A stretch of DNA of 64,000 nt from Planctomycetota bacterium (GCA_965228735.1 OZ245838.1:4896001-4960000); one strand, 5' to 3'; shown: positions 9,271-19,787, counted from the first letter of the stretch. Translations and numbers: made by a program. The notes: generated from the sequence alone by a model not told the origin.

Positions 9271-10368
9271 TCATTCCGGCAGCCAACCGAGCCGTTCGAG
9301 CTCGGCGAAGACGGCCTCGGCCCACCAGTCGTGGACCATCGCCGTCGGGTGCGGGTCCGTATTGCTGAGTGTCATCGCGGAGCCGAGGTACTCACGCACG
9401 TCGTTCTCGTGGAGGTAGCGCGAGATGCGGTCGTGGATCGACACCCGCGGCAGGCCGGCTGCGTCGACGGCTGCGGCAACCGGCTCGGGGAGTTCGCCGA
9501 CGCTGGTCACGAGCACGCGGATGCCGCGCTCCTCCGCCAGAGCCGCGACGCGCTGCACCGCGTCGCGGTAGGCGGCGATGCCGACGAGATGGCGGTACTC
9601 GGCCGGCACGCGTTCGGGATCCGCCTCGAAGTGCCCTGCGCCGTCGCCAGGGGCCCAGACGAAGGGCGTCCGCGGGTCGATCCATGACGATCGGTAAACG
9701 CGCCGCGCGAGGTCGTAGAGGAAGCAGTGGTCGAGGCGCCAGTAGTCGGTGGGCGCGAGCAGGAAGTTCGGCAACTCGAGGTCGTTGTCCACGAAGTCGA
9801 CGAGCACGACGTCCGGCTCGAACGCGAGCCCGCGTGACGCGAGGACCTGGGCCTGCATCGCCGTGTTGTAGCCGGGGACGCCCGTGTTGATCGTGTCGAT
9901 CGGCCGTCCCGGCAGTCGCTCCGCGAGTCGTTGCTCGAGGCGTGCGAGTCCGCTGTCTTCGCGTGCGACGCCCCAGCCGAACAGGACGGAATCGCCGAGG
10001 CCGAGCACGCGAAAACCCCGCGCGGGCTTTCTGAGCGGTCGTTCGGGGCCGCGGTAGCCGTGCGAGTTCGTCTTCACGTTCACGCCCTGGAACGTGCAGT
10101 CGAGGTCGCGGTGCAGCTCGTACACGATGTCACGATGTGAGGCACGTTGCAGCAGTTCGACTAGCATGGCCTCGCGCGCGCCGGTCGGTGCCTGCGGCGG
10201 CTTGGCGTTGAGGCGCGCCAGCGCGACTCGGGCGGCGATCTCGGCGACGAGCATCGCGACGAGTGATGCGACAACGAACAGCAGCAGGCGCTTTCCGAGC
10301 CGTCTGCCGGGATCGCGCCGCGGTCGATCCGCAGCGCGTCTCGCGGTTGATTCCGGTGCCGTCGACAT
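9271..10368 (-). CDS. SGNH/GDSL hydrolase, membrane-anchored
   Basis: N-terminal TM; GDS, GVPGYN, DND and DPHP blocks. Confidence 0.85.
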   Translation of the reverse strand: MSTAPESTARRAADRPRRDPGRRLGKRLLLFVVASLVAMLVAEIAARVALARLNAKPPQAPTGAREAMLVELLQRASHRDIVYELHRDLDCTFQGVNVKTNSHGYRGPERPLRKPARGFRVLGLGDSVLFGWGVAREDSGLARLEQRLAERLPGRPIDTINTGVPGYNTAMQAQVLASRGLAFEPDVVLVDFVDNDLELPNFLLAPTDYWRLDHCFLYDLARRVYRSSWIDPRTPFVWAPGDGAGHFEADPERVPAEYRHLVGIAAYRDAVQRVAALAEERGIRVLVTSVGELPEPVAAAVDAAGLPRVSIHDRISRYLHENDVREYLGSAMTLSNTDPHPTAMVHDWWAEAVFAELERLGWLPE

Positions 10369-10389
10369 TCGCGTCGCGGGGGTTCGCGG

Positions 10390-10821
10390 CTACGGCTTGC
10401 CGGGTCGCGCGCGCAGCAGTTCGGTGCCGTCGGCGTCGCAGAGCAGCAGTTCGTCCCCGTCGCGATTCACCCGGGCGGTCGCTTCCATCGCGGCGAGCAT
10501 GCGGCGTTCCTGGTCCATGAGCTGCGGTGGTCCGGCGCGACGGGTCGTCACGAGGCGCGAGAAGCGCAGGACGCCGTTCGTGATCTCGTAGCTGCCGCGC
10601 AGCCGGTTGAGGGTCGCGTTGCCGCCGACGACACCGTCACTCGTGAACTCGAGCGTCGCCTCGCTCGCATCCGGCACGGGTGCGCCGTCGATCGCGGTGA
10701 TCGTCCACTGCCCGATCATCAGATCGCGCGGGTCCGTGAGCGCGGGCCCCGAGCTGCACGCGGAGAGAGCGACGGCGGCGAGGAGGCTGAGGGTCGTGAG
10801 CGAGTTCGGGGTCGGTGCCAT
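10390..10821 (-). CDS. META-domain (HslJ-like) lipoprotein
   Basis: LSAC lipobox; W.ITAIDG, GNATLNRLRGSY and TTRRAG..LMDQE pattern. Confidence 0.85.
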   Translation of the reverse strand: MAPTPNSLTTLSLLAAVALSACSSGPALTDPRDLMIGQWTITAIDGAPVPDASEATLEFTSDGVVGGNATLNRLRGSYEITNGVLRFSRLVTTRRAGPPQLMDQERRMLAAMEATARVNRDGDELLLCDADGTELLRARPGKP

Positions 10822-10872
10822 GGCGGGTCATTGTGACGCCAGTCGCCGATGCCGTCACGGCCGATGGCCGCC

Positions 10873-12768
10873 CTACTGCCAGTTCTCCCAGCTGTCGTAA
10901 GCCTCCTGGAGCTCCCGCTTCTTGCGCTTCTCCTCGCCCTGCAGCTCCTTCATGCGGGTCGCGCTTGCGTAGTTGTCGGGTTCGAGCATCGCGGCCTGCA
11001 GCTCTTCGATCTCGGTCTCGAGGTCCATGATCTTCTGCTCGAGGCGTTCGAAGAGCAGCGGGTTGCGGATCTTGCCGGACTCGATCGCCTTCTTCGGCGG
11101 CGCCTTCTCGGCCTCGCGGGCAGCGGCCTTGCGTTCCTTCGCCGCGCTCTCCGCGGCGCGCGCGGCGGCGCGTTCTTCCGCGAGCACGCGCTGGCACTGC
11201 TCGAGGCCCTGGTCGAACGAACGGATCCTGCCGGCCTCGACCCACGCGACGCGGTCGGCGACCTGCTCGACGAGCAGGCGGTCGTGGGTGATGAGCACGA
11301 CGGTGCCGGGAAACTCCTTGAGCGCCTGCTCGAGCCCCTCGGTGCCCGCGACGTCGAGGTGGTTGGTCGGCTCGTCGAGGCAGAGCAGGTCGAACTCCGC
11401 GCGCGTCATCCGCGCGAGCGCCAGCCGCTGCTTCTCGCCGCCCGACAGCTCGGTCACGGGCTTCTCGACGTCGTCGCCGCAGAACAGGAACAGCGCGAGA
11501 TGGTCGCGCAGCGTGCCCTCGGGGACCGTGACGTCGAGCGCGCGCAGCGCCTCGATGACCGTACCGCTGTCGGGCAGGTCGGTCTTCTCCTGCGAGAAGT
11601 AGCCGATGCGCAGGTTGTGCGCGAACTTGATGGTGCCGCCGGCCGGGTCGGCGAGGCCCGCGAGCAGCTTGAGCAGCGTCGTCTTGCCGGCACCGTTGCG
11701 GCCGAGGAGTGCCGTGACCTCGCCGAAGTACACGTTGAGGTCGCCGTTCTCGATCAGCGTCTTGTCGCCGATCCGCACCCTCAGGTTCTCGCACTCGATC
11801 GCGGCCTGGCCCTCCTGGCCGCGCGACGTCGTGCCGAACGACAGTCGCATCTGCGCGCGCTTGCCGCGCGGCTTGTCGATCAGCTGCAGCCGCTGGAGGC
11901 GCTTCAGCTTGCTCTTGGCCTGGGTGCTGCGCTGCCCGGCCATGTGCTTCCTGATGTACTCCATCTCCTTCTCGACGTACTCGCGCTGGCTCTTGAACTG
12001 CCGCGCCTGCGCGAGCAGCGCCTGGTCCTTCTGCTGCCGGTACGCCGAGAAGTTGCCCTTGTAGCGCGTCGCCACGCAGTCGCCGATCTCGACGATCGAC
12101 GACGCGATCGCGTCGAGGAAGCGGCGGTCGTGGCTGACGACGACGACCGCGCCCGGGTAGCGCTTGATGAAGCCCTCGACGAACTCGATGCCCTGCAGAT
12201 CGAGGTGATTGGTCGGCTCGTCGAGGATCAGCAGGTCGGCCGGCGTCGTCATGAGAACGGCGAGCTGCACGCGCGACTTCTCGCCGCCGCTGAGCACCGA
12301 CACGTCCTTGCCGTGCTCCGCCGGCGTGAAGCCGAGACCGCCGAGAACGCGCTCGACCTGGTGCTTGTGGTCGTAGCCGCCGCCGGCTTCGAACGCGATC
12401 TGCAGCTCGCCGTAGCGTCGGAGTGCGGCGTCGTCGCCGCCGGCCATCGCGGCCTCGAGCTCTCGCATCTCGGCGGCGAGCGCGTCGTACTGCCCGTCGC
12501 CGCGCAGCACGAAGTCGAGGATCGTCGTGCCCTGCGGCATGGCCGGCATCTGCGCGCCGTAGGCGATGCGCAGGTTCTTGCGCGGGTTGCGCTGCCCGCG
12601 TTCCGGCTCGTCCGTGCCCGCCAGGATGCGGATCATCGTCGTCTTGCCCGCGCCGTTGTCGCCGACGACGCCGATGCGGTCGCCCTCGTCGACGCGCAGC
12701 GACAGCCCGTCCAGGATCGGGTCCGGGCCGAAGCTCTTCACGATCTTGTCGAGTGTGACGACGGTCAT
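10873..12768 (-). CDS. ABC-F family ATP-binding protein
   Basis: Two Walker A motifs (GDNGAGKTT, GRNGAGKTT), two LSGGEK, two DEPTNHLD, C-terminal coiled coil, no TM. Confidence 0.95.
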   Translation of the reverse strand: MTVVTLDKIVKSFGPDPILDGLSLRVDEGDRIGVVGDNGAGKTTMIRILAGTDEPERGQRNPRKNLRIAYGAQMPAMPQGTTILDFVLRGDGQYDALAAEMRELEAAMAGGDDAALRRYGELQIAFEAGGGYDHKHQVERVLGGLGFTPAEHGKDVSVLSGGEKSRVQLAVLMTTPADLLILDEPTNHLDLQGIEFVEGFIKRYPGAVVVVSHDRRFLDAIASSIVEIGDCVATRYKGNFSAYRQQKDQALLAQARQFKSQREYVEKEMEYIRKHMAGQRSTQAKSKLKRLQRLQLIDKPRGKRAQMRLSFGTTSRGQEGQAAIECENLRVRIGDKTLIENGDLNVYFGEVTALLGRNGAGKTTLLKLLAGLADPAGGTIKFAHNLRIGYFSQEKTDLPDSGTVIEALRALDVTVPEGTLRDHLALFLFCGDDVEKPVTELSGGEKQRLALARMTRAEFDLLCLDEPTNHLDVAGTEGLEQALKEFPGTVVLITHDRLLVEQVADRVAWVEAGRIRSFDQGLEQCQRVLAEERAAARAAESAAKERKAAAREAEKAPPKKAIESGKIRNPLLFERLEQKIMDLETEIEELQAAMLEPDNYASATRMKELQGEEKRKKRELQEAYDSWENWQ

Positions 12769-12823
12769 CGGGGCGGCGCAGGATAGCAGTTGCAGTCCGG
12801 TTGTCAGAAAGTCAGATACGCGC

Positions 12824-14599
12824 ATGTTCGCGCGCTCGCCACTCGTCCTCGCGCTGCTCGCCGCATCGTTCTCGTGTGCCGCCGTCCGGGCCCAGGCCCG
12901 CTGGCTCGACCTCGAGGGTGATACGGCGCGGCAGACCACCGTGCATCGCGTGCCGCGGCAATACCTCGGACACCCGACGACCGCCGTGCTCGCCGATGGC
13001 AAGACGATGCTGTGCGTGTATCCCCGGGGCCACGGCCGCGGCGCGATCATCCTGCAGCGCAGCCCGGACGGCGGCCGCACGTGGTCCGAGCCGTTGCCCG
13101 TGCCGCCGAGCTTCGCCACGAGCAAGGAGACCCCGACGATCCATCGCGTGTTCGACCGTGCGGGTGTCGAACGGCTCGTGCTGTTCTCCGGGCTGTATCC
13201 GATCCGCAGTTCGATCTCCGAGGACGACGGCGCGACGTGGACGCCGCTGCGGCCGATCGGCGACTTCGGCGGCATCGTCGCGATGAGCTCCGTCGTCGAA
13301 CTGCAGAACGGCGACTACGCGGCCTTCTTCCACGACGATGGCCGGTTCTTCCGCGGTGCCGGCAGGCGCTCGGGCTTCACGGTGTATCAGACGCGGTCGA
13401 GCGATGGCGGGCTGTCGTGGGGTGAGCCGACCGTGGTCGTCGCGCACCCGCGGATGCACCTGTGCGAGCCCGGCGTGATCCGTTCGCCCGACGGTCAGAG
13501 GCTTGCGATGCTCCTGCGCGAGAACTCGCGGCAGCACCCGTCGCAGATCATCTTCTCCGATGACGAGGCCGGGACGTGGTCCGAGCCGCGCGCGCTGCCG
13601 ATGACCCTCGGCGGCGATCGCCACGTCGGCGCCTACGCGCCGGACGGGCGGCTGCTGATCTCGTTCCGTGACATGGCCAAGGACAGTCCGACGCGCGGCG
13701 ACTGGGTCGCGTGGGTCGGCACGTTCGACGACCTCGTGAGCGGAGCCGAAGGGCAGTACCGCGTGCGCCTGTCCCGCAACTGGCGCGGCACCGACTGCGC
13801 GTATCCGGGCGTCGAGGTGCTCGCGGACGGCACGTTCGTGCTGACGACCTACGGCCACTGGGAGCCGGGCGAGTCGCCGTTCATCCGGACGATTCACCTG
13901 CGGCTCGCCGAGCTCGACGCGCTCGCGGATGGCCCCACGCCCGACTTCACGCGCATCGCCGGGACCGTGCGCCCGACGCCGCGGCTCGAGGGTTGGTGGG
14001 AGCGGCGGTTCGCCAGCGATCTGCAGCAGGCGAAGAACGGCGAGCACGAACTGGTGTTCGTCGGCGACTCGATCACGCAGGGCTGGGGTGGTCCGGGCAA
14101 GGCCGTCTGGCAGGAGCTGTTCGCGCCCCGCAACGCGATCAACCTCGGCGCCTCGGGCGACCGCACGCAGAACGTGCTCTGGCGGCTCGACAACGGGTTG
14201 ACCGACGCGCTCGCAGACGCGGCCAGGGCCGCCGTCGTGATGATCGGCACCAACAACGCGACGCACGGTGAGGCGACGTCCGCGGAGATCGCGGCCGGCG
14301 TCGAGGCCGTGGTGCAGCGGCTGCTCGATGGCCTGCCGAACGCCCGGGTCCTGCTGCTCGGCATCTTCCCGCGCGGCGACGAGACCCCGGCGAAGCGCTG
14401 CCGCGCCGTGAATGCGATGCTCGCGGAACGCTTCCGAGGCCACGACCGCGTCGTCTACCGCGACATCGGCGATCACTTCGTGAAGCCCGGCGAACCGATC
14501 GACCGGGCGGTCATGCCCGACCTGCTGCACCTCAGCAAGGCCGCCTACCGCACGTGGGCGGAGGCGATCCTCGCGGACGTCGATGCGTTGTTGCGGTAG
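12824..14599 (+). CDS. Secreted BNR/sialidase-like propeller fused to SGNH esterase
   Basis: Signal peptide; Asp-boxes SPDGGRTW, SEDDGATW, SSDGGLSW, SDDEAGTW; C-terminal GDSIT, GTNN and DLLH. Confidence 0.85.
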   Translation: MFARSPLVLALLAASFSCAAVRAQARWLDLEGDTARQTTVHRVPRQYLGHPTTAVLADGKTMLCVYPRGHGRGAIILQRSPDGGRTWSEPLPVPPSFATSKETPTIHRVFDRAGVERLVLFSGLYPIRSSISEDDGATWTPLRPIGDFGGIVAMSSVVELQNGDYAAFFHDDGRFFRGAGRRSGFTVYQTRSSDGGLSWGEPTVVVAHPRMHLCEPGVIRSPDGQRLAMLLRENSRQHPSQIIFSDDEAGTWSEPRALPMTLGGDRHVGAYAPDGRLLISFRDMAKDSPTRGDWVAWVGTFDDLVSGAEGQYRVRLSRNWRGTDCAYPGVEVLADGTFVLTTYGHWEPGESPFIRTIHLRLAELDALADGPTPDFTRIAGTVRPTPRLEGWWERRFASDLQQAKNGEHELVFVGDSITQGWGGPGKAVWQELFAPRNAINLGASGDRTQNVLWRLDNGLTDALADAARAAVVMIGTNNATHGEATSAEIAAGVEAVVQRLLDGLPNARVLLLGIFPRGDETPAKRCRAVNAMLAERFRGHDRVVYRDIGDHFVKPGEPIDRAVMPDLLHLSKAAYRTWAEAILADVDALLR

Positions 14600-14617
14600 G
14601 GCGGCGAGGCCCTACCG
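14594..14617. terminator. Hairpin between convergent genes
   Basis: CGGTAGGGC-6nt-GCCCTACCG 9-bp stem containing both stop codons. Confidence 0.45.
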
Positions 14618-15946
14618 AACCTGATATTCGACCGCGCGCGTCTTGCCGTCGGTCACGTATTCGACGAGCAGCTTGCGCGGCAGGCCGGCCTTGACGAGCG
14701 CCGTCGTCGTCGCCAGCAGCATCTTGGCGTTGAGGATCGGCGCGCCGTTGATGCGCGTGATGACCGCGCCTTCGGGGATCGCGAGCGGCGCGAGGGATTC
14801 GGGCACGCGCGCGACGCGGAAGCCGCGCAACCACTGGCCGTCGTCCTGTTGCTTGCTGAAGTGGTCGCCGATCGACGAGTTCTTGAGTGCGGTGACGGCG
14901 GCGTCGACGATCGCGTCACGCTCGGGGCTCGGGAAGAGCACGATGAGCGTGTCGTTGAGGTTGCGGATCGGCGGGAACATCCGCTTGCCCGCGTCCTCGG
15001 CCCACTGCAGGAGCGCATCGGTATCGCCGTCGAGGGCGGGCGGCTCGCGCAGTTCGTTCCCGCCGATCGCGCGCAGCACCTCGACGCACTCGCGCCGGAC
15101 GTCCGCGTTGTCGGAGACGACGAGCTGCATGAGTCGCGGCAGCGCCGGTTCGAGCCAGGTGACGGCGAGGTCCTCGCGCAGCTCGAACACCTGCTTGAGG
15201 AACCACAGCGACTGGGCCTGGTCGATCGGCTCCTCGTTGAGCAGCTGGATGAACGGCCGGATCACGAGCTGATGCAGGTGATCGCTGTCGCGCGGCGCGC
15301 GCATGATGCCGGCGGTCTTGGCGGCCGGGCTGCCGGGTTCCGGCATGCTCGCGATGATCGCCTTCTGCTGGTCGACGCTGAGGTCGCCGAACTTCCGCCC
15401 GAGGTTGGCCTTGATGAACTCCGCCGCGCGCGGGAACGCTTCCTGGCGCGTCACCTGGATCGGCTCACCCGGAATGTGCGAGATCAGTTCGAAGATGTAG
15501 TCGACGCGGTCGCAGTAGAACATCGCGTAGAACGCGGTCCGACGGTCGTCGGCGTTCTTGCTCGTGCGCATCACCGAGGCGAGGTAGCCCGCGTCGATGC
15601 CGGCACCCTCGGCCTCGGACAGCAGGCGCCGCCAGGTCGGGTCGTCGAGCACTTCGCGGCCGCGGTCGTCGAACGACTTGCTGTAGATGTTGCGCGCCGA
15701 CATCGCGCGCATGCGGCGCAGGATCGAGAACAGGCGATCCGGCGGGGCGTAGACTTCCGACGGGGCGCGGAACGGGGTGAGCGCGTCCCGCTCGGGGTAG
15801 GCCACGTGCGGGACGGGATTCTGCGCGGCAGGCGCCCCGCCTTGGGGGGGACTAGCCTGGGGGGCCGTGCCTTGGGCGGTAGCGGCGCCCGCAAGGGCGC
15901 TCATGAACGCCATGGCGAGGCCAGGGAGGGAGAAACGGACCGACAT
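14612..15946 (-). CDS. Secreted helical (HEAT-like) protein with PDZ-like C-terminus
   Basis: Signal peptide; LPRLMQLVVSDNADVRRECVEVLRAI; IPEGAVITRINGAPI. Confidence 0.65.
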   Translation of the reverse strand: MSVRFSLPGLAMAFMSALAGAATAQGTAPQASPPQGGAPAAQNPVPHVAYPERDALTPFRAPSEVYAPPDRLFSILRRMRAMSARNIYSKSFDDRGREVLDDPTWRRLLSEAEGAGIDAGYLASVMRTSKNADDRRTAFYAMFYCDRVDYIFELISHIPGEPIQVTRQEAFPRAAEFIKANLGRKFGDLSVDQQKAIIASMPEPGSPAAKTAGIMRAPRDSDHLHQLVIRPFIQLLNEEPIDQAQSLWFLKQVFELREDLAVTWLEPALPRLMQLVVSDNADVRRECVEVLRAIGGNELREPPALDGDTDALLQWAEDAGKRMFPPIRNLNDTLIVLFPSPERDAIVDAAVTALKNSSIGDHFSKQQDDGQWLRGFRVARVPESLAPLAIPEGAVITRINGAPILNAKMLLATTTALVKAGLPRKLLVEYVTDGKTRAVEYQVR

Positions 15947-16056
15947 GTGAGGTCTCTAGTCGCGTGGGGTCTGATACGTAACGCCGATGGACGCAGCGGG
16001 CGATCCGGGCGGGCGCGGGAGCCGGCGAACGGGGTTCCCGACCACGGGGACGGTGG

Positions 16057-16671
16057 TCAGGCGCGCCACCACAGGAAGGCCACCTGACTGAGACCGATGA
16101 GCGTGCCCAGAACTCCCCCGAGGATGACGATGGCGCGCAGTTCGCGCGCGGCGACGTCGAGGATGAGCCGTTCCAGCTTCTCGACGGCGAACGCCGCGAC
16201 CTTCTCCTCGACCATGCGCGGCACGTTGAGGCCGGCCTCGAGGCCGCTCTCGACGTGGTCCAGGACCTCGTCCTTGTGGGCTATGACGCCCTCGACGATG
16301 GCCTTGCGGATCTCCCCGACGCGCTCCTCCGTGAGGAAGCCGCCGATCAGCGGCAGGTTGCGCAGCTCTTCGACCTTGGGCCCGAGGCCCTTGTCGAGCA
16401 CGACCGAGAGGATGCCCTCGAAGTCGAGTTTGTTGAGCCCGCGCACGATGTCCTTGTGCTCCACGAGGTGGGTGCCGACGACCCGGCCGATCGCCTTGCT
16501 GAGCTCCTGCTGGCGGCGTGGCACGAGGCCGTGCAGCCGGAAGAACAGCAGTCGCTTGGGCTCGAGCGGGCGGAAGATCATCTTCACGGCCAGCCAGTTG
16601 GTCGAGAAGCCGATCAGGGCGCCGATCGCGGGGATCGTGATCCAGGTCCAGAGGTCGGGGGCTTGGGGCAT
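16057..16671 (-). CDS. DUF445 family protein
   Basis: IGFSTNWLAVKMIFRP, GLVPRRQ and ELRAIVILGGVLG. Confidence 0.9.
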   Translation of the reverse strand: MPQAPDLWTWITIPAIGALIGFSTNWLAVKMIFRPLEPKRLLFFRLHGLVPRRQQELSKAIGRVVGTHLVEHKDIVRGLNKLDFEGILSVVLDKGLGPKVEELRNLPLIGGFLTEERVGEIRKAIVEGVIAHKDEVLDHVESGLEAGLNVPRMVEEKVAAFAVEKLERLILDVAARELRAIVILGGVLGTLIGLSQVAFLWWRA

Positions 16672-16804
16672 GGCCGAGGGCGGCTGAGTATGGCCGCGGG
16701 GCCGCGGGCGAGGGAACCGGAAAACTCTCGCGATGTCTGTCGATCCCTCGGCGGGCCGTTCGTCGTATCGTCGAAACCCGAAACCACGATTCCCCGAGGT
16801 AGCC

Positions 16805-17875
16805 ATGCTCTCGTTCCGACTCTCGTTCGCCGCCGCTCTCGCCCTGACGGCGCTCTCTCCGCTCGTTCACGCCCAAGACGAGCACGGCATGCCGACGCCG
16901 GCGCCCGAGCTGCAGAAGTTCGCGCCGCTGATCGGCAGCTGGACCGGCAAGGGCACGTTCAACGAACCCGCGACCGGCGAGCACGGCTGGACCGCGCAGG
17001 GCACGTATCGCTGGAGCCACAACAAGTTCTGGGTCGAGGAGAACTTCAAGATCGAGTTCGAAGGCCAGGACACGCCGATGGTGTTCCGCGCCTACCTCGG
17101 CTGGGACGCCGAGACGAAGCGCTTCGTCAACATGCACGCGAGCAACAACGGCGACGTCGGGCGTGACGAGATGACGTTCACGCCGGACGGCGCGATGCTG
17201 ATGCTCGCGACGCGCACGATGGGCGGCATGACGTTCTGTGAGCGCGCGACCACCAAGGTGGACGGCGACACGATGTCGATGAAGATCGACTTCCTCATGG
17301 CGGCCGGACCGTCGATGCGCGTCGTCGAGGGCGAGTTCAAGCGCACCGACGCCGCCGTCGCCGACGTGCTCGCGACCGGCGCCTACCAGACGCAGCCGAC
17401 CGAGCAGATGAAGCAGCTCGGTCGTTCGGCCGGCGTCTACGGCGTGGAGGGCGCGATGATCTGGCAGCCCGGCATGCCCGAGATGAAGATCCACGGCACG
17501 GATACGTTCCAGGCCGTGTTCGGTAACACGGTGCTGCACGGCCACACGAGCGGCGGTTCCGACATGAGCGACGACGAGTACGTCTCGGACGTGTTCTGGG
17601 GCTGGAACGCGACGGACAACTGCTATCGCGGCGTCTACGTGAGCAACGCCGGCGAGAGCGGTGAGATGGAGGCGCGCTGGTCGGCTGACGGCAAGGTGCT
17701 CGTGCAGACGGCGAGCGGAACCAACCAGGGGCAGCCGATCGTGCAGCGCTTCCTGCTCCACGTCGCCGCGGACGGCAGCTTCCAGAAGGCCGTCGGGCAC
17801 TCGATCATCGGCACCGGCGAGCCGCTGCAGACGTTCGAGGCGACCTACAGCAAGAAGGACAAGAAGTCCGACTGA
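16805..17875 (+). CDS. Secreted protein with two tandem DUF1579-like domains
   Basis: Signal peptide; PAPELQKFAPLIGSW..YLGWD and a second unit PTEQMKQLGRSAGVY..FWGWN. Confidence 0.7.
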   Translation: MLSFRLSFAAALALTALSPLVHAQDEHGMPTPAPELQKFAPLIGSWTGKGTFNEPATGEHGWTAQGTYRWSHNKFWVEENFKIEFEGQDTPMVFRAYLGWDAETKRFVNMHASNNGDVGRDEMTFTPDGAMLMLATRTMGGMTFCERATTKVDGDTMSMKIDFLMAAGPSMRVVEGEFKRTDAAVADVLATGAYQTQPTEQMKQLGRSAGVYGVEGAMIWQPGMPEMKIHGTDTFQAVFGNTVLHGHTSGGSDMSDDEYVSDVFWGWNATDNCYRGVYVSNAGESGEMEARWSADGKVLVQTASGTNQGQPIVQRFLLHVAADGSFQKAVGHSIIGTGEPLQTFEATYSKKDKKSD

Positions 17876-17909
17876 GGCGGCCGATGGGCGCGGCGGGCGT
17901 GCTGCGGGT

Positions 17910-18704
17910 TCAGTTCACCTGCACGTTGCCGGCCGCGGCTTCGACCTTGAAGACAGCGGTGCTGTTGCCGGCGTTGCCGACGGTGCCGCGGGCCGAGGCG
18001 GCGGTCACCGACCGTTCGGTCGCGATCCCGAAGCGCTCGTCGACCGACACGTTGCCGACCGCGGTGCTGAGGTCGAACCGGCCGGCCACCGACTTCGGCA
18101 GGTGCAGCGCGACGTTCCCCGCGGCGCACGTCACGTCGCACCCCTGCGGGCCGGACTCCGCGACCCGCAGCGTGACGATGCCGGCCGACGCGTTGGCGCG
18201 GAAGGCGCCCGCGAGCTTGGCCACCGTGACGTCGATGTTGCCGGCCGCGTTGGTGACGTCGATGTCGCCGGTCGCCGGCAACGCGACGGTCACCTCGCCG
18301 GCTGCCTGCTCGATCGAGAGCGCCACGCCGGCGGGGATCTGCACGTCGAACCGGAGCTGCCAGTCGTTCCGGTCGGCGGCGTCGGCGTGCCTGCTGCGGA
18401 TCACGAGCTCCGCGCCATTGCGGGCGACGTCGACGTGGTCGTCGAACCGTGCCGAGAAGTCGGTCTCCGGTCGGTCCTGTTCGAGCAACACCTCGGAGAC
18501 GACCCTGGCGGATCCGGCCCCGGCCTCGCTCACCCGGATGAGACCGGATGGGTTCTCGATCCGGACGTGGCGGATCGTGCCCGCGTCGGCGAGCGGCGCG
18601 TCGACCTTGCCGACGACGCGGTAATTCCCGCCGCCGTGGAACGTGCAGGCAGTGACGGTGGCGATGGCGACGAGGGTCGTGATGGCCGAGAGCGGGTGGC
18701 GCAT
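17910..18704 (-). CDS. DUF4097-like beta-strand repeat lipoprotein
   Basis: VTAC lipobox; repeated xAAG(N/E)(V/I)x(V/L) units. Confidence 0.75.
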   Translation of the reverse strand: MRHPLSAITTLVAIATVTACTFHGGGNYRVVGKVDAPLADAGTIRHVRIENPSGLIRVSEAGAGSARVVSEVLLEQDRPETDFSARFDDHVDVARNGAELVIRSRHADAADRNDWQLRFDVQIPAGVALSIEQAAGEVTVALPATGDIDVTNAAGNIDVTVAKLAGAFRANASAGIVTLRVAESGPQGCDVTCAAGNVALHLPKSVAGRFDLSTAVGNVSVDERFGIATERSVTAASARGTVGNAGNSTAVFKVEAAAGNVQVN

Positions 18705-18756
18705 GCCCGCAGGATAGCGCGTCGCGGCCGGCATCGCTCTCCGGCATGATGCCGGA

Positions 18757-19785
18757 ATGACCGAACGGGACTACCGCATCGTCGCCATCGACTCGCACAC
18801 GGCGGGCGAGCCGACCCGCATCGTGACGGGGGGGCTGCCCGAGCTGCGGGGCAAGACGATGGCGGAGCGGCGGGCCGAATTGCTCGCGGAGCACGACGAG
18901 ATCCGGCGCGGGATCGTGCTCGAGCCGCGGGGGCACGATGCGATCGTCACCGCGTTCTTGATGGAGCCGTGCACCGAGGGCGCGGACCTCGGCGTCGTGT
19001 TCGCCAACGACGCGGGCTACCTCGGCATGTGCGGCCACGGCGCGATCGGCGTCGCGACGGTCGCGGTCACGACGGGCACCGTCGCGGCGACCGAGCCCGA
19101 GACGACCGTCACGCTCGACACGCCGGTCGGGCTCGTGCGCTGCCGCGTCCGGGTCGAAGGCGGCAAGGTGCGCACCGTCGCGATCACGAACGTCCCGTCG
19201 TTTCTCTACAAGCAGCGCGTCGTCGTGCCGCTGCACGGCGCGACGGACACCAAGGTCGCGGTCGACATCGGCTACGGCGGCAACTGGTTCGGCTTCGTCG
19301 AGGCCGATCAACTCGGACTCACGGTCGAGAAGGGCCAACTGCGGCCGCTGCTCGACGCCGCGATGGCCGTGCGCGAGGGGCTGATCGCGGCGGGCGTGCG
19401 CGGGCGCCATCCCGACGGGGACGCGGACGAGATCGTCGATCACATCAAACTGTTCAGCGATCTGCCGGCCGGCAGCGGTGAGGCTGATGGCGGCGGTGGC
19501 TCACGCGCGCTCACATTGTGCCCGGGCACGGCCTACGACCGTTCACCGTGCGGCACCGGCACGTCGGCCAAGCTCGCGGTGCTGCACGCCAAGGGCGAAC
19601 TCGCAGTGGGCGAGTGGTTCGTCTCGGAGAGCGTGCTCGGCACCCGCTTCCGTGCCCGCATTCTCGAGGAGACCAAGGTCGGCGACTACCTCGCGATCGT
19701 CCCCGAGATCGAAGGCTCGGCCTGGATCACCGGCTTCCAGAACTTCCACTTCGACCCCGACGACCCGCTCCGCTTCGGACTCTGA
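18757..19785 (+). CDS. Proline racemase family, probably 4-hydroxyproline 2-epimerase
   Basis: DSHTAGEPTR, LEPRGH, YLGMCGH and LCPGTAYDRSPCGTGTSAKLA; both catalytic Cys present. Confidence 0.9.
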   Translation: MTERDYRIVAIDSHTAGEPTRIVTGGLPELRGKTMAERRAELLAEHDEIRRGIVLEPRGHDAIVTAFLMEPCTEGADLGVVFANDAGYLGMCGHGAIGVATVAVTTGTVAATEPETTVTLDTPVGLVRCRVRVEGGKVRTVAITNVPSFLYKQRVVVPLHGATDTKVAVDIGYGGNWFGFVEADQLGLTVEKGQLRPLLDAAMAVREGLIAAGVRGRHPDGDADEIVDHIKLFSDLPAGSGEADGGGGSRALTLCPGTAYDRSPCGTGTSAKLAVLHAKGELAVGEWFVSESVLGTRFRARILEETKVGDYLAIVPEIEGSAWITGFQNFHFDPDDPLRFGL

Positions 19786-19787
19786 CC

